From assembly GCA_040377305.1 (NCBI GenBank), contig JBEIPA010000004.1, forward strand, positions 160,001 to 224,000: DNA of 64,000 nt, written 5' to 3'. Made by a program: the position numbers and the translations under genes. Shown here piece by piece: positions 39,201-48,278 of the stretch (positions within the stretch are counted from its first letter, which is position 1; each line of letters opens with the position of its first letter). Source of the DNA: Flavobacteriales bacterium (GTDB taxonomy: Bacteria > Bacteroidota > Bacteroidia > Palsa-965). A model generated the notes under the pieces. The model was not told where the DNA came from. It worked only from the letters and a program-made list of their open reading frames with translations, and searched no databases.

Positions 39201-39382
39201 AAGTCAATGTGGTAAACAACTTCGTCGAGTGAATTCAAAACTCCTTCGAGCGAACTATGCCCGTTCCCGGAAAGTCCATTGCCATTTACCGCAGCGTTCA
39301 GCTTCGCGATTTCATTCAGCAATTCATCTTTAGTAAGCTTTGAATATTCGCTGAGATCCTTTTTTGTGATTTCCTTTTTCAC
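36233..39382 (-). CDS. Cytoplasmic multi-PAS sensor histidine kinase (HisKA_2 type)
   Basis: About six PAS/PAC units ending (R/H)DI(T/S); H-box LLKEVHHRVKNNLQ; NELISNALKYAF; DNGKG; SLGL. Confidence 0.92.
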   Translation of the reverse strand: MKKEITKKDLSEYSKLTKDELLNEIAKLNAAVNGNGLSGNGHSSLEGVLNSLDEVVYHIDLTKPEKERIRFVGSNIEKIFGITREEFTTGQNMFMNNCHPEDIIGVKEKAEALRKAKQAGTFLYRYFKKQTDSFIWIEERVVPTFDKDGNQTEVIGIARDITEQVHNRTQLLHSEERFRLLAQNANDIIYKLTFYPAPRYEFISPSVEKITGYTQEEYYADAGLGFKVCHPDDKEKMAAASALMMQNSPKVFSPEAPPLVFRSLRKDGTEVWTETSNRPVFDAEGKVVGIEGISRDITQRKHAENALIDSRESYRSLVEQHPEGIVIADHAGKIVFINPAVLRITRIEQESEIVGQNIMKFLTPEQQARSSQRVQQVKQGQYAPFEIIQLVNTKGEVIEMESRPAKYQYQGEESLLIFLRDITAERLLETEQLRLQLVEETNRKLQREIEERIAMERELNAAQKNLRMLVDSSLDMICASDPSGLITEFNKAAAQTFGYTRDEVIGKHVTMLYQVPEERMKVMEMLMIQDGFFSGEVVNKRKNGTSFTAFLSASILKDQDGNIIGSMGVSRDISAIKNAETELRLSEEKYRAIYSQAYIGIALVDKDNGKFIEVNQRLCDILGYEMEDLQRMTVQELRLKGDLSHLPSGKEFIKRGFERVFDEQRYRDKAGREVILNITISLVKDPAGQPLHFVYVYEDITPKRRAEEQIRLQAAKLSAVFESSSHMIWTMDHNYQLVSFNNNQAKWLRDNYDIKPYVGMPLLSGSMVSTESYNTFWREKIDLSFKGETIKFETEYVNKRGVPHWREVFLNPIKDERDNVIEVSCIAHDITDQKGAEENIRQSLKEKEVLLKEVHHRVKNNLQVISSILNLQSSYVKDKKSLDLLLESQNRIKSMAFVHESLYQTKDFSNINFSSYVENICSNLVHSYSNPDNPPQLNMDLESIQLNLDTAIPCGLIINELISNALKYAFKGKEAGRLDVVVKTSGETLIIVIADNGKGLPENIDFRNTESLGLQLVVTLVEQINGKIALETKKGSKFTIEFVPPRTNQ

Positions 39383-40932
39383 CTTGGATCCGGATCTTCG
39401 AGTTTGATTTTTACTCCGTCAAACTTCGTCTCAACTCCATCTTTGTAAGTAATCGTTAACAGCAGAACGCCGTCTTCTTCCTGATAATATTTCCAGTCTC
39501 CTTCTTTACGCCCGTAAATGTATTTTCCCTTTTGCCACGTCTTGCCGGTGTTGTACCAGTATATATGATCGCCGTCGGGCTGACCATTAATAAAGCTACC
39601 CTGGAAGCGAGGCTTACCTGTTGTGGTGTACGTATGTTTCCACTCGCCTTGTCTTTCTCCGGCAACGTAATTTCCTTCTTCGCGATAATCTGCAATCTGG
39701 AAAAACCAGAATCCTTCTTTCAGCCCGTCGATGTATTCTCCTTGAGTAATGACAAGTCCTGTCTCATCATATTCAACAAGAGTGCCGTTTCTTACACCGT
39801 CGGTGTATTGTTCCTCGCGAAGCAACTGTTTGTTCTCGTAATACCAGCGCCAGGTTCCAACAGGACGACCGCGTGAATCATATTTTCCTTTCTGATCTGT
39901 TGCTCCATCGGGATAGAAAAACTGCCAGTCGCCAACACGAACGCCGTCCTTGTAGTCGCCTTCTGCTTTTAATTCTCCCGTGTCATGAAATTCTTTCCAA
40001 TGACCCTGCTCTTTTCCGCCGGTATCATAAATTCCTGTGCCAACGAGTATGCCGTCTTTATAAACTTCAGCACCCGAAATTTTTCCAAGTGTGTCGTACT
40101 GACGAAATACACCTTCCGGAAATCCATCTTTGTAATTGCCAACTTCTTTTACGCGACCGTTTTCGTAATATGAAGTCACTGTTTCAATCTTCGCGAGCTC
40201 CGGAGGATTCTCAACAAGCACTCCATTCTCCCACTTGGCAGCATTGAGTAGATTTCCTACTTCATTATATTCTTTGAAGTACCCATGCTTCTTATCATTC
40301 ACATAACGGCCTTCCGACTTCACTTTTCCGTTCGGCCAGAATTCTTTGTGTAGTCCTTGCTTCAATCCATTTGCATCACGACGATTAATTCGGTCTGTGC
40401 TTTGAGTGAAGCCTGCTTTATAAGTTGTAATAGCGATGATCGTTCCGGTGGAGTCATATTCGTAACCTATACCATCTTCCCGCCCTTCCTTGAACGGAAT
40501 TGACTTCTGTACTTTTCCGTTCGGATGATACTCGTACGAAAGACCATGCTTGATATTGGATGTGAAAGTTTCTTCGGTAATTAGTTTTCCGTCTTTATCA
40601 TACGTCTTTAACGGTCCGTCTTTCTTTCCTTCTTTGTACGTGTACTCGAGCGTGAGTTTACCGGCTTCACTATAAAATTTCCAGGTTGAATCGAGCTGGA
40701 AGTTTTTTCTGTTCCCTTCCGATTTTATTTTCCCGTTTGTGTGATAGGTTTTCCAATATCCATCCGGCTTTCCTTCACGCAAAGGACCTTCACTGGAAAT
40801 CTTTCCATTCTCATAGAAATACTTCGTGTACACAGAAGTGTCTTCGGGAGAAGCAAAGAGCGTGCTTGTCCAAAGGAACATACCTGCGAACACTAACTGC
40901 CAGGAAAGTTTACGGTTATTCAATCTCATCAA
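39379..40932 (-). CDS. Exported MORN-variant repeat protein (YwqK-like)
   Basis: Signal peptide and many G.W..Y..NG....EG.Y..G repeats. Confidence 0.85.
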   Translation of the reverse strand: MMRLNNRKLSWQLVFAGMFLWTSTLFASPEDTSVYTKYFYENGKISSEGPLREGKPDGYWKTYHTNGKIKSEGNRKNFQLDSTWKFYSEAGKLTLEYTYKEGKKDGPLKTYDKDGKLITEETFTSNIKHGLSYEYHPNGKVQKSIPFKEGREDGIGYEYDSTGTIIAITTYKAGFTQSTDRINRRDANGLKQGLHKEFWPNGKVKSEGRYVNDKKHGYFKEYNEVGNLLNAAKWENGVLVENPPELAKIETVTSYYENGRVKEVGNYKDGFPEGVFRQYDTLGKISGAEVYKDGILVGTGIYDTGGKEQGHWKEFHDTGELKAEGDYKDGVRVGDWQFFYPDGATDQKGKYDSRGRPVGTWRWYYENKQLLREEQYTDGVRNGTLVEYDETGLVITQGEYIDGLKEGFWFFQIADYREEGNYVAGERQGEWKHTYTTTGKPRFQGSFINGQPDGDHIYWYNTGKTWQKGKYIYGRKEGDWKYYQEEDGVLLLTITYKDGVETKFDGVKIKLEDPDPR

Positions 40933-40940
40933 AAACGCTA

Positions 40941-41930
40941 TTACATTCCAAACGAAGCAGACATTTCAAGCATACGCCTGATTGGCTTTTCTGCTGCTGC
41001 CCGAAGCGATTCCGGTAGTATGATTTCCGGCGTTTCGTGCTTCAAACAAATATACAGTTTTTCGAGGGTATTTAACTTCATGTGCGGACAGTCGTTACAA
41101 GCACAATTATTGTTGGGCGGAGCAGGAATAAATGTCTTTGCCGGCGATTCTTTCTGCATTTGATGAAGGATCCCGGTTTCAGTTCCAACTATGAATTCTG
41201 TTGCAGCATCTTTCTTAGAAAAGTTTAACAGTGCTGTTGTGGACCCAATGAAATCGGCCAATGCTAAAACCGGTTCTTCACATTCCGGATGCGCAATAAA
41301 TTTTGCCTTTGGATGCTGCGCTTTTAACCGTGTAATGCGTTCGAGAGAAAATATTTCATGCACCATGCACGAACCATTCCAAAGCAACATTTCTCTTCCT
41401 GTTTGCTGACTTACGTAACGACCAAGATTTTTGTCGGGAGCGAAAATAATCTTCTGGTCTTTCGGTAAACTTTCTACAATTTTCACTGCATTGCTCGAGG
41501 TGCAGATTATATCACTGAGCGCTTTGATATCTGCGGTGCAGTTGATGTAAGAAATCACAATGTGATCGGGATTTGCTGCACGGAATTTTGCGAATTCATC
41601 TGCCGGACAGGAATCGGCAAGTGAACATCCGGCTTTCAGATCCGGTAATAAAACTTTCTTAGCCGGGTTGAGAATCTTAGCTGTTTCTGCCATGAAGTGC
41701 ACTCCGGCAAAAACAATAATATCTGCGCTGGTAGCAGCTGCTTTCTGTGCCAGGCCAAGACTGTCGCCAATGTAATCAGCAACATCCTGAATATCTCCGT
41801 CCTGGTAATAGTGGGCAAGTAGAACTGCATTTTTTTCGCGCTTGAGTTTTTTTAACTCTGCAAACATATCCAGAGTTGGATCAACTTTTACATCCAGGTA
41901 TCCTCGCTCTAAAACCTCTTTATTAATCAT
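40941..41930 (-). CDS. nadA: Quinolinate synthase
   Basis: Motifs [39 protein letters not shown] and CPHMK. Confidence 0.96.
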   Translation of the reverse strand: MINKEVLERGYLDVKVDPTLDMFAELKKLKREKNAVLLAHYYQDGDIQDVADYIGDSLGLAQKAAATSADIIVFAGVHFMAETAKILNPAKKVLLPDLKAGCSLADSCPADEFAKFRAANPDHIVISYINCTADIKALSDIICTSSNAVKIVESLPKDQKIIFAPDKNLGRYVSQQTGREMLLWNGSCMVHEIFSLERITRLKAQHPKAKFIAHPECEEPVLALADFIGSTTALLNFSKKDAATEFIVGTETGILHQMQKESPAKTFIPAPPNNNCACNDCPHMKLNTLEKLYICLKHETPEIILPESLRAAAEKPIRRMLEMSASFGM

Positions 41931-42330
41931 ATATCTTTCTTTTAAAAGAATCTACTACTACTACTAGCTTGTTAGTTCTGTGTAGAAATCGTTCCACATT
42001 ATTTAGGTTTCTTCACTTATGACCAGCTACTAACATGTTATTGACATACAGGTTGTCTTAAATGCTTTGATTGCCATACTTCTAAAGAAACAGTTAACAG
42101 CGTGTTAGTAACGCTATCAACCGCCAAATGTGTGTAATTGATATGCACAAAGGTCGGTATCTTTCACTGTATTTCTTCTCGCTTAGTGTTTTTCAACATC
42201 TATTGCATATTCCGATTAATTCCACATACGGCACAGTTATTGAGACCACCAAAGATTTCTTCGCTAATGTTATCAACTGATTATATAGTTATGCACGTAT
42301 CGTATGTGAATAACGCAGGTTCTAAGTAGC
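41931..42330. other. Putative chromosomal replication origin (oriC)
   Basis: AT-rich tract 41931-41951, (CTA)5 at 41952-41966, one TTWTNCACA match (tgtgaataa 42305-42313) and about ten degenerate DnaA-box-like 9-mers in a gene-free divergent interval. Confidence 0.65.
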
Positions 42331-42404
42331 TCACTTTCAGCACTGATACTTGTCAGCAACTTACCGATTGTTGGCCGACAATGACTATCGAATGCATTTG
42401 CCCT

Positions 42405-42412
42405 TAACTTTG
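42405..42412 (+). promoter_or_regulatory. Putative -7 promoter element for rpiB
   Basis: TAACTTTG, 20 bp before the ATG. Confidence 0.55.
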
Positions 42413-42431
42413 AAGCTCATCACACCACAAA

Positions 42432-42866
42432 ATGGCATACAAAATCTCCATCGGCGCCGATCATGCAGGCTATAAACTAAAAGATACGATTAAAAAGCAC
42501 CTCGAAAGTGCCGGTCACTCGGTTACTGATTATGGCACACATACGGCCGATAGCGTAGACTATCCGGACTTTGCACATCTGGTGGCAAACGATGTCGAAG
42601 GAGGGAAGGCGGACTTTGGTGTTCTTATCTGTGGCTCGGCAAACGGCATAAGCATGGCAGCAAATAAGCACGCCGGAATACGCGCCGCTATCTGTTGGAA
42701 ACCAGAAATTGCTTCTCTGGCTCGCCAACATAACAATGCAAATATTTTGTCGCTTCCGGCGCGATTCATCAGCGAAGAAGACGCAAAAGCTTGCGCAGAT
42801 GTATTCTTCTCTACCGAATTCGAAGGTGGTCACCACGCCAATCGTGTAGCGAAGATTTCCTGTTAG
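42432..42866 (+). CDS. rpiB: Ribose-5-phosphate isomerase B
   Basis: Motifs GADHAG, SVDYPDFA, LICGSANGISMAANK and ARQHNNAN. Confidence 0.95.
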   Translation: MAYKISIGADHAGYKLKDTIKKHLESAGHSVTDYGTHTADSVDYPDFAHLVANDVEGGKADFGVLICGSANGISMAANKHAGIRAAICWKPEIASLARQHNNANILSLPARFISEEDAKACADVFFSTEFEGGHHANRVAKISC

Positions 42867-42950
42867 TGGCTCTTTTTCACGATGTGCGTGTGTATAAGTC
42901 CGCTGCTCATATACACTGAACACACATTGCCGTAACCTTATCTTTGTGTA

Positions 42951-44549
42951 GTGATGAAAAAGCAACACACAATCCTTCTTCTTGCTGCTACTGCGCTGAT
43001 TTTTTCTGCGGCAATGAAAAAAGGTGGACCCAACCCCACCAAATACGCAGAGTCGATAACAGCGAACGATCTTCGGACACACCTCTCCATTCTGGCTTCT
43101 GATGAATATGAAGGACGGGAAACGGGAGAAAGAGGACAGAAGATGGCTGGAGAATACATCTCAAAGTTCTTCAGTACAATCGGAGTTCCTGCACAAAAAG
43201 ACGGCAGCTGGTACCAGGAAGTGAAGCTGGTGAAAATCTCAGGTGGAACATCATCCTTCGAGATTGTGAATAACGGAACCAGTACAAAGTTCAGTAACCA
43301 GACTGACTATTATTATGCAGCATCCACCCCAGGTGTATCGATCACGGCGAACGAATTAGTTTTTGCCGGATTCGGGATTGACGACGAGAAATATTCCGAC
43401 TACAAGCTTCATGATTCCTCATATTACAACGGGAAGGTTGTAGTGATCCTCGACGGAGAACCTCAGAACGGCGGAGTGTTCACAATTACAGGAGAAACAA
43501 AGCCAGGCAAATGGACAAAACAGCGCCGCTCCAAACTGGAAGCAGCAAAGAAGTACAAGGCGCGCGCTGTCATTATAGTGCCACTGGATTTTGCAAAGAG
43601 CAAGGAAATGGCTCAGCACTCCATTGACGGTTACTCGCTTCTGCTCGATGAGCCCGGAGCTGGCGCAGATCCTAATCCGCCGGTGTTTTATGTGAGTGAA
43701 GCAGCGTTGAATACCATTCTTGCTTCTGCAGGAGAGAAACAAACGATTGCGGACCTGAAGAGCGGAATTAATTCTACGGGCAAACCTGTTGGTCTTTCCA
43801 TTAAAACTACGGCGTCGATTCAGGTCACGCGCAACGAAGAAAAGATCATTACCGAAAACGTTCTAGGATTTGTAGAAGGAAGCGACCTGAAAGATGAAGT
43901 GATAGTGATAACAGCGCACTACGATCACCTTGGAAAACACGATGGTGTTGTGTTCAATGGTGCAGACGACGATGGGACAGGAACCGTGGCCGTGATGGAA
44001 CTTGCCGAAGCATTCATGAAAGCAAAGCAAGACGGATTTGGTCCGCGCCGCAGCATGTTGTTCATGGCGGTGAGCGGAGAAGAAAAAGGTCTTCTCGGCT
44101 CAGCATGGTATGTACATCATCCGGTTTACCCGCTGGAGAAAACAATGTGTGATCTGAACATTGACATGATTGGTCGCGTCGACGAAGAACACTCTGCAGA
44201 CAGCAACTTTATTTATGTGATTGGATCCGATAAAATTGCTCCTGATCTGAAGAAATGCATTGAAGCGCAGAACAAAAAGTACACGAATCTTAAGCTCGAT
44301 TATCGCTTTGACGACGAGAAAGATCCGAATATGTTCTACTATCGTTCCGATCACTACAACTTCGCGAAGAATGGAATTCCGGTTGCGTTTTTCTTCAACG
44401 GAACGCATGCAGATTATCACAAGGAAACCGACGAAGTTTCGAAGATCAACTATAGCCTGATGCAGAAACGCACACGACTGGTGTTCTACACGGCGTGGGA
44501 TTTGGCGAACAGAAATAAAACACTCGCCCGCAAGGCAGTTAAGAAATAA
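42951..44549 (+). CDS. M28 family aminopeptidase with PA domain
   Basis: Motifs TAHYDHLG, NGADDDGTG, GEEKGLLGS, NIDMIGR, RSDH and DYH; TATCTTTG -7 motif at 42939. Confidence 0.93.
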   Translation: MMKKQHTILLLAATALIFSAAMKKGGPNPTKYAESITANDLRTHLSILASDEYEGRETGERGQKMAGEYISKFFSTIGVPAQKDGSWYQEVKLVKISGGTSSFEIVNNGTSTKFSNQTDYYYAASTPGVSITANELVFAGFGIDDEKYSDYKLHDSSYYNGKVVVILDGEPQNGGVFTITGETKPGKWTKQRRSKLEAAKKYKARAVIIVPLDFAKSKEMAQHSIDGYSLLLDEPGAGADPNPPVFYVSEAALNTILASAGEKQTIADLKSGINSTGKPVGLSIKTTASIQVTRNEEKIITENVLGFVEGSDLKDEVIVITAHYDHLGKHDGVVFNGADDDGTGTVAVMELAEAFMKAKQDGFGPRRSMLFMAVSGEEKGLLGSAWYVHHPVYPLEKTMCDLNIDMIGRVDEEHSADSNFIYVIGSDKIAPDLKKCIEAQNKKYTNLKLDYRFDDEKDPNMFYYRSDHYNFAKNGIPVAFFFNGTHADYHKETDEVSKINYSLMQKRTRLVFYTAWDLANRNKTLARKAVKK

Positions 44550-44551
44550 GC

Positions 44552-45934
44552 ATGGCCGATTTACTCCAGCAGTTCATTGCCGATTCAGAAAAGAAAGTTG
44601 CCGATAAAAATCATCGCGCAACTGTGCAATTCAATATCGGAAAGTACAATGCAGCTGTTGTAGGCGGTAAAGAACAATACGCGCGACTGGACCTCGCCCG
44701 TTCGCGCGCGGCAGGATTGCGCAGCCGTGTGATTGAGAATCTCGACAAGTATCTGATTGAATTCGAAACAAACTTTCTGAAGCGGGGTGGAAAAGTAATT
44801 TGGGCGCAAGACGCAGAAGAAGCGAACAAAGAAATTCTCGCTCTACTGAAAGCCAAAGGTATTTCGGAGGTGGTGAAATCGAAATCGATGATCACTGAAG
44901 AGATTCATCTCAATGCAGCACTGAAGAAGGAAGGAATTAATAGTGTCGAAACGGATCTCGGAGAATTTATACAGCAAACCGACGGAGAAGCGCCCTATCA
45001 TATTGTAACGCCCGCGATGCACAAGTCGAAGGAGGACGTAGCGCGGTTATATGCAACGAAGCTAGGCGCACCTGCGGATATGTCGCCCGAGGAAGTTACC
45101 GGGTGGACACGCAAACACCTGCGCGCTAAATTCAAAAAAGCAGGAGCGGGAATTACCGGAGCGAATTTTCTGGTAGCAGAAACCGGGTCAGTTGCTCTGA
45201 CAGAGAACGAAGGTAACGCCTGGATGTCTATCGCAGGTCCGAAGCTTCACATTGTAGTTGCGGGGATCGAGAAGATCATTCCATCGCTTACTGATCTCGA
45301 TATTTTCTGGCCACTGCTTGCCACATTCGGCACCGGACAGAAAATCACGGCATACAACAGTATTGTTTCGGGTCCACGCAACAATGGAAGTGACAGCGGT
45401 CCCGAAGAAATGGTGATTGTGCTTGTCGATAATGGCCGTACAAATGTTCTTGCACAAACCGAGCAACGTCGTGCCTTGAGCTGCATTCGTTGTGGGGCGT
45501 GTTTAAATGCTTGTCCGGTTTATGAAGCTGTTGGCGGACACACCTACAATGCAGTTTACAGCGGACCAATTGGCTCCGTGTTGATGCAGCACATGCAACC
45601 AGATGCGGGCTTTCGTCATTTGAGCTACGCTACAACATCTTGCGGAAAATGTACCGAGAGTTGTCCGGTGAATATTGACATTCACAAACTGCTGCTCTAT
45701 AACCGCAAAGACAATGCGGCGAATGCGCCAACCAGCAAAACCGAAAACATGATGTGGTTTTTCTGGAAGGGTGCAATGATGAAGCGCAACAACATGGATA
45801 AAGGCGGAGCAAAGCTCAAGAACTTTATGTTGCGCCAATTCTTTCGCAAGTCATGGGGCGATCAACGTGAGCTTCCCGCCGTAGTCTCTAAGTCGTTCAA
45901 CCAAATGTGGCGGGAACGAAAAGGGATTAAGTAG
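44552..45934 (+). CDS. lutB: Lactate utilization protein B (LUD domain + 4Fe-4S)
   Basis: Motifs KSKSMITEE, ETDLGEFI, HIVTPAMH, ENEGN and CIRCGACLNACP. Confidence 0.9.
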   Translation: MADLLQQFIADSEKKVADKNHRATVQFNIGKYNAAVVGGKEQYARLDLARSRAAGLRSRVIENLDKYLIEFETNFLKRGGKVIWAQDAEEANKEILALLKAKGISEVVKSKSMITEEIHLNAALKKEGINSVETDLGEFIQQTDGEAPYHIVTPAMHKSKEDVARLYATKLGAPADMSPEEVTGWTRKHLRAKFKKAGAGITGANFLVAETGSVALTENEGNAWMSIAGPKLHIVVAGIEKIIPSLTDLDIFWPLLATFGTGQKITAYNSIVSGPRNNGSDSGPEEMVIVLVDNGRTNVLAQTEQRRALSCIRCGACLNACPVYEAVGGHTYNAVYSGPIGSVLMQHMQPDAGFRHLSYATTSCGKCTESCPVNIDIHKLLLYNRKDNAANAPTSKTENMMWFFWKGAMMKRNNMDKGGAKLKNFMLRQFFRKSWGDQRELPAVVSKSFNQMWRERKGIK

Positions 45935-45939
45935 TCGTC

Positions 45940-46557
45940 TTATAAAACATCGAACACTACAAGGAGCGCGAGCACAACTGCGAGCAAGCCCAAGCCGCCG
46001 ATGTAGCCATATCCGAAGCCACCAAATAGGAATGTGCCTCCAATTATCCAGCAGATAAGTGTAATCCAGAACATCGACGTTACGCCTTCTTTGAGATAAA
46101 CAGCAAGAGGCGGAATCAGGATTGCAAGAATCACCAGAAGTATAAGCCGGTCGTCTGAAGCCCCGGAAGAAGGCTCACTGTTTCTCTTTGCATGTTTTGC
46201 AACCGGCGTCTGCATTTGCTCACCTTTTGAATTTGAAACAGACTGCACTTCGTCATTCGCTGGTGCAATCGTGATTACTTCTTCTGGTGCAACTGCGGTT
46301 GGATTTTGCTCGCAGTTGTTGCAGTCAGAAAGTGCCGGAGAAACAGGAGTTGCACTCTGCTGTTCTGCTGGAGCGACTTCGACTGGCACTGTTTTTTCTT
46401 CAGACTCAGTGTGCTTTGCGGTTGCCTGAGGCTTCTGGTTGTTACCGAAGTCAACATACCAGCCTTTATTGTGGTGTCGTTTGTCAATGCGTAACGATGC
46501 GCAGGAGGAGAATCCAACAAGAGCTGCAATCGAGAGAAACAGTAGATATTTTTTCAT
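45940..46557 (-). CDS. Lipoprotein with a C-terminal YqaE/Pmp3 membrane domain
   Basis: Lipobox FSSC and C-terminal LLVILAILIPPLAVYL. Confidence 0.8.
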   Translation of the reverse strand: MKKYLLFLSIAALVGFSSCASLRIDKRHHNKGWYVDFGNNQKPQATAKHTESEEKTVPVEVAPAEQQSATPVSPALSDCNNCEQNPTAVAPEEVITIAPANDEVQSVSNSKGEQMQTPVAKHAKRNSEPSSGASDDRLILLVILAILIPPLAVYLKEGVTSMFWITLICWIIGGTFLFGGFGYGYIGGLGLLAVVLALLVVFDVL

Positions 46558-46682
46558 GTGCAATGGTTTGGTCACTTCAAAGTTCATCAAATCATTTCAA
46601 TAGCGCTATCAAATAAATCTATTATATCAACACAATCGCTGGCGGATGATAGTGTAACTTTGAGATACCTAAAAAAGAACGC

Positions 46683-47204
46683 ATGTTATCTAAAAAAATA
46701 GAAGCAGCCCTTAACCAACAAGTGGCGCTCGAGGGAAACTCCTCACAATATTATCTCGCAATGGCATCCTGGGCGGAGACGCAAGGGATGGACGGTGTTG
46801 CAACTTTTCTGTTCGGACACTCCGACGAAGAGCGCGCGCATATGCTCAAGCTTTTGCGTTTCATAAACGAGCGTGGCGGACACGCGATCGTTCCGGCACT
46901 GGAAGAGCCACCGAAGAAGTTTAAGTCGGTACAGGCCGCGTTTGAGTTAGTATTATCGCACGAGATTCTGGTGTCTACAGAAATCAACAAGCTCGTGGAG
47001 ATTTGCCTGAAGGAGCGCGACTACACCACACACAACTTCTTGCAGTGGTATGTATCGGAACAAATTGAAGAAGAAGCTCTCGCGCGCAAGGTTCTGGACA
47101 AGCTCAAGCTCATTGGCGGAGAAAAAGGCGGACTTTATTTGTTCGACCGCGATCTTTCCAGCATCCGGGCGACAGGTCCCGGCGGAACAAACGCAGCAGA
47201 ATAA
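46683..47204 (+). CDS. ftnA: Non-heme ferritin
   Basis: Motifs LNQQVALE, YLAMASW, EERAHM, HE and FLQWYVSEQIEEE; TAACTTTG -7 motif at 46655. Confidence 0.94.
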   Translation: MLSKKIEAALNQQVALEGNSSQYYLAMASWAETQGMDGVATFLFGHSDEERAHMLKLLRFINERGGHAIVPALEEPPKKFKSVQAAFELVLSHEILVSTEINKLVEICLKERDYTTHNFLQWYVSEQIEEEALARKVLDKLKLIGGEKGGLYLFDRDLSSIRATGPGGTNAAE

Positions 47205-47219
47205 TAAATAAGGAGTTAT

Positions 47220-47262
47220 AAACCCGTCCCGACAGCGAAATTCTGGTCAGGACGGGTTTTTT
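47220..47262 (+). terminator. Terminator after ferritin
   Basis: Stem aaacccgtcc / ggacgggttt plus a T run. Confidence 0.8.
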
Positions 47263-47393
47263 CGTGCAAGTAATTAACAATGTGCGCCGATCGGTTAATT
47301 ACTATTAACAGCTTTTGGTGTTCTGTTCATAAATGGATGCAACACGCGCAAGGTTAAACGCGTTTTAATTGAGAAATTTGAGAAAGCCCACTT

Positions 47394-47627
47394 ATGACCC
47401 GCAACGAGTTTATACAAGTGAATGATCGTCCTTGCCGCTTCAAGTTGAAGTCGGGTAAAGAGTTCTTCGGCGTGCTTTGGCAAAATACTTCGGAAGGAGA
47501 TTCTTCCTACTACTTCTCCAGCATGGGTGAACGCTTCGATCCGCGCAACACAGGTAACGTAGGTGTGCGTGTCGATCTGGACGAAATCGTAGGAGCGGAG
47601 CTCATCAACAGTTCACTCGTAGGTTAG
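47394..47627 (+). CDS. Small hypothetical protein (possible Sm-like fold)
   Basis: 77-aa ATG ORF filling an intergenic gap; alternating beta-strand pattern. Confidence 0.65.
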   Translation: MTRNEFIQVNDRPCRFKLKSGKEFFGVLWQNTSEGDSSYYFSSMGERFDPRNTGNVGVRVDLDEIVGAELINSSLVG

Positions 47628-47722
47628 TCCCCCCGCTTTTCACAATATTGGTTTCATAATTTCCGCCGCGGTTCCGCGCTGCTACATCTCTGCGGTTGTA
47701 TCTTGACGGATATTTTCCGCCC

Positions 47723-48271
47723 ATGAACTTTTTCGTTACCTGTCCTTGGTGTAAATCTCAATTCAGGAATTCCTACGTCTCTAATTGCGCAAACTGCGGA
47801 GGTTCTTTACCAATCGCAGAAGGAGGAGGTCCAGGTGATCCTCCGCCACCGGCGCCACGAGAACTTACTAAGTCGTACATCAAAGCCGTGAAGTACACGA
47901 GCAATGTGTACACAATCATCGGAATTATTTTCACTATTCCGTTTTTCTGGAGCGTGATCTTCCCGATTATCGGAATCATACTCTGGAGAAAAGGATTGCG
48001 CGACGCAAAGGCCGAATTGCAGCCTTTGCAATTTGGAGCCCACACGAAAGGCGAAATCACCAACATCACCACCGATTTCACAAAGCAGATCAACGGACGT
48101 AGGCCGAAAATTCTTGAGTTCGCTTTCATGGCGAATGGTCAGCGCTGGATTGGCACCGTTCCGAATATTATGGATCCGATTGAACACTGGAAACGTCCAG
48201 GCGATCAGATCTGGGTTGTATACCTGCAGGATAATCCACAACTCAGCAGCGCGTGGCCTCCAATGAAATAA
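47723..48271 (+). CDS. Zinc-ribbon plus membrane protein with a C-terminal beta domain (DUF3592-like)
   Basis: CPWC...CANC, a Pro-rich linker, a TM hairpin, then GEIT...GDQIWVVY. Confidence 0.7.
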   Translation: MNFFVTCPWCKSQFRNSYVSNCANCGGSLPIAEGGGPGDPPPPAPRELTKSYIKAVKYTSNVYTIIGIIFTIPFFWSVIFPIIGIILWRKGLRDAKAELQPLQFGAHTKGEITNITTDFTKQINGRRPKILEFAFMANGQRWIGTVPNIMDPIEHWKRPGDQIWVVYLQDNPQLSSAWPPMK

Positions 48272-48278
48272 TAAGCGA

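Noticed and set aside
39379-40932. Toxin-antitoxin system suggested by YwqK-like repeats
   Set aside because: No adjacent toxin gene; exported MORN-variant proteins are common in Bacteroidota.
44552-45934. lutB without lutA/lutC, and an incomplete second Cys motif
   Set aside because: The three-Cys second motif is normal for LutB, and the partner genes may lie elsewhere in the genome.
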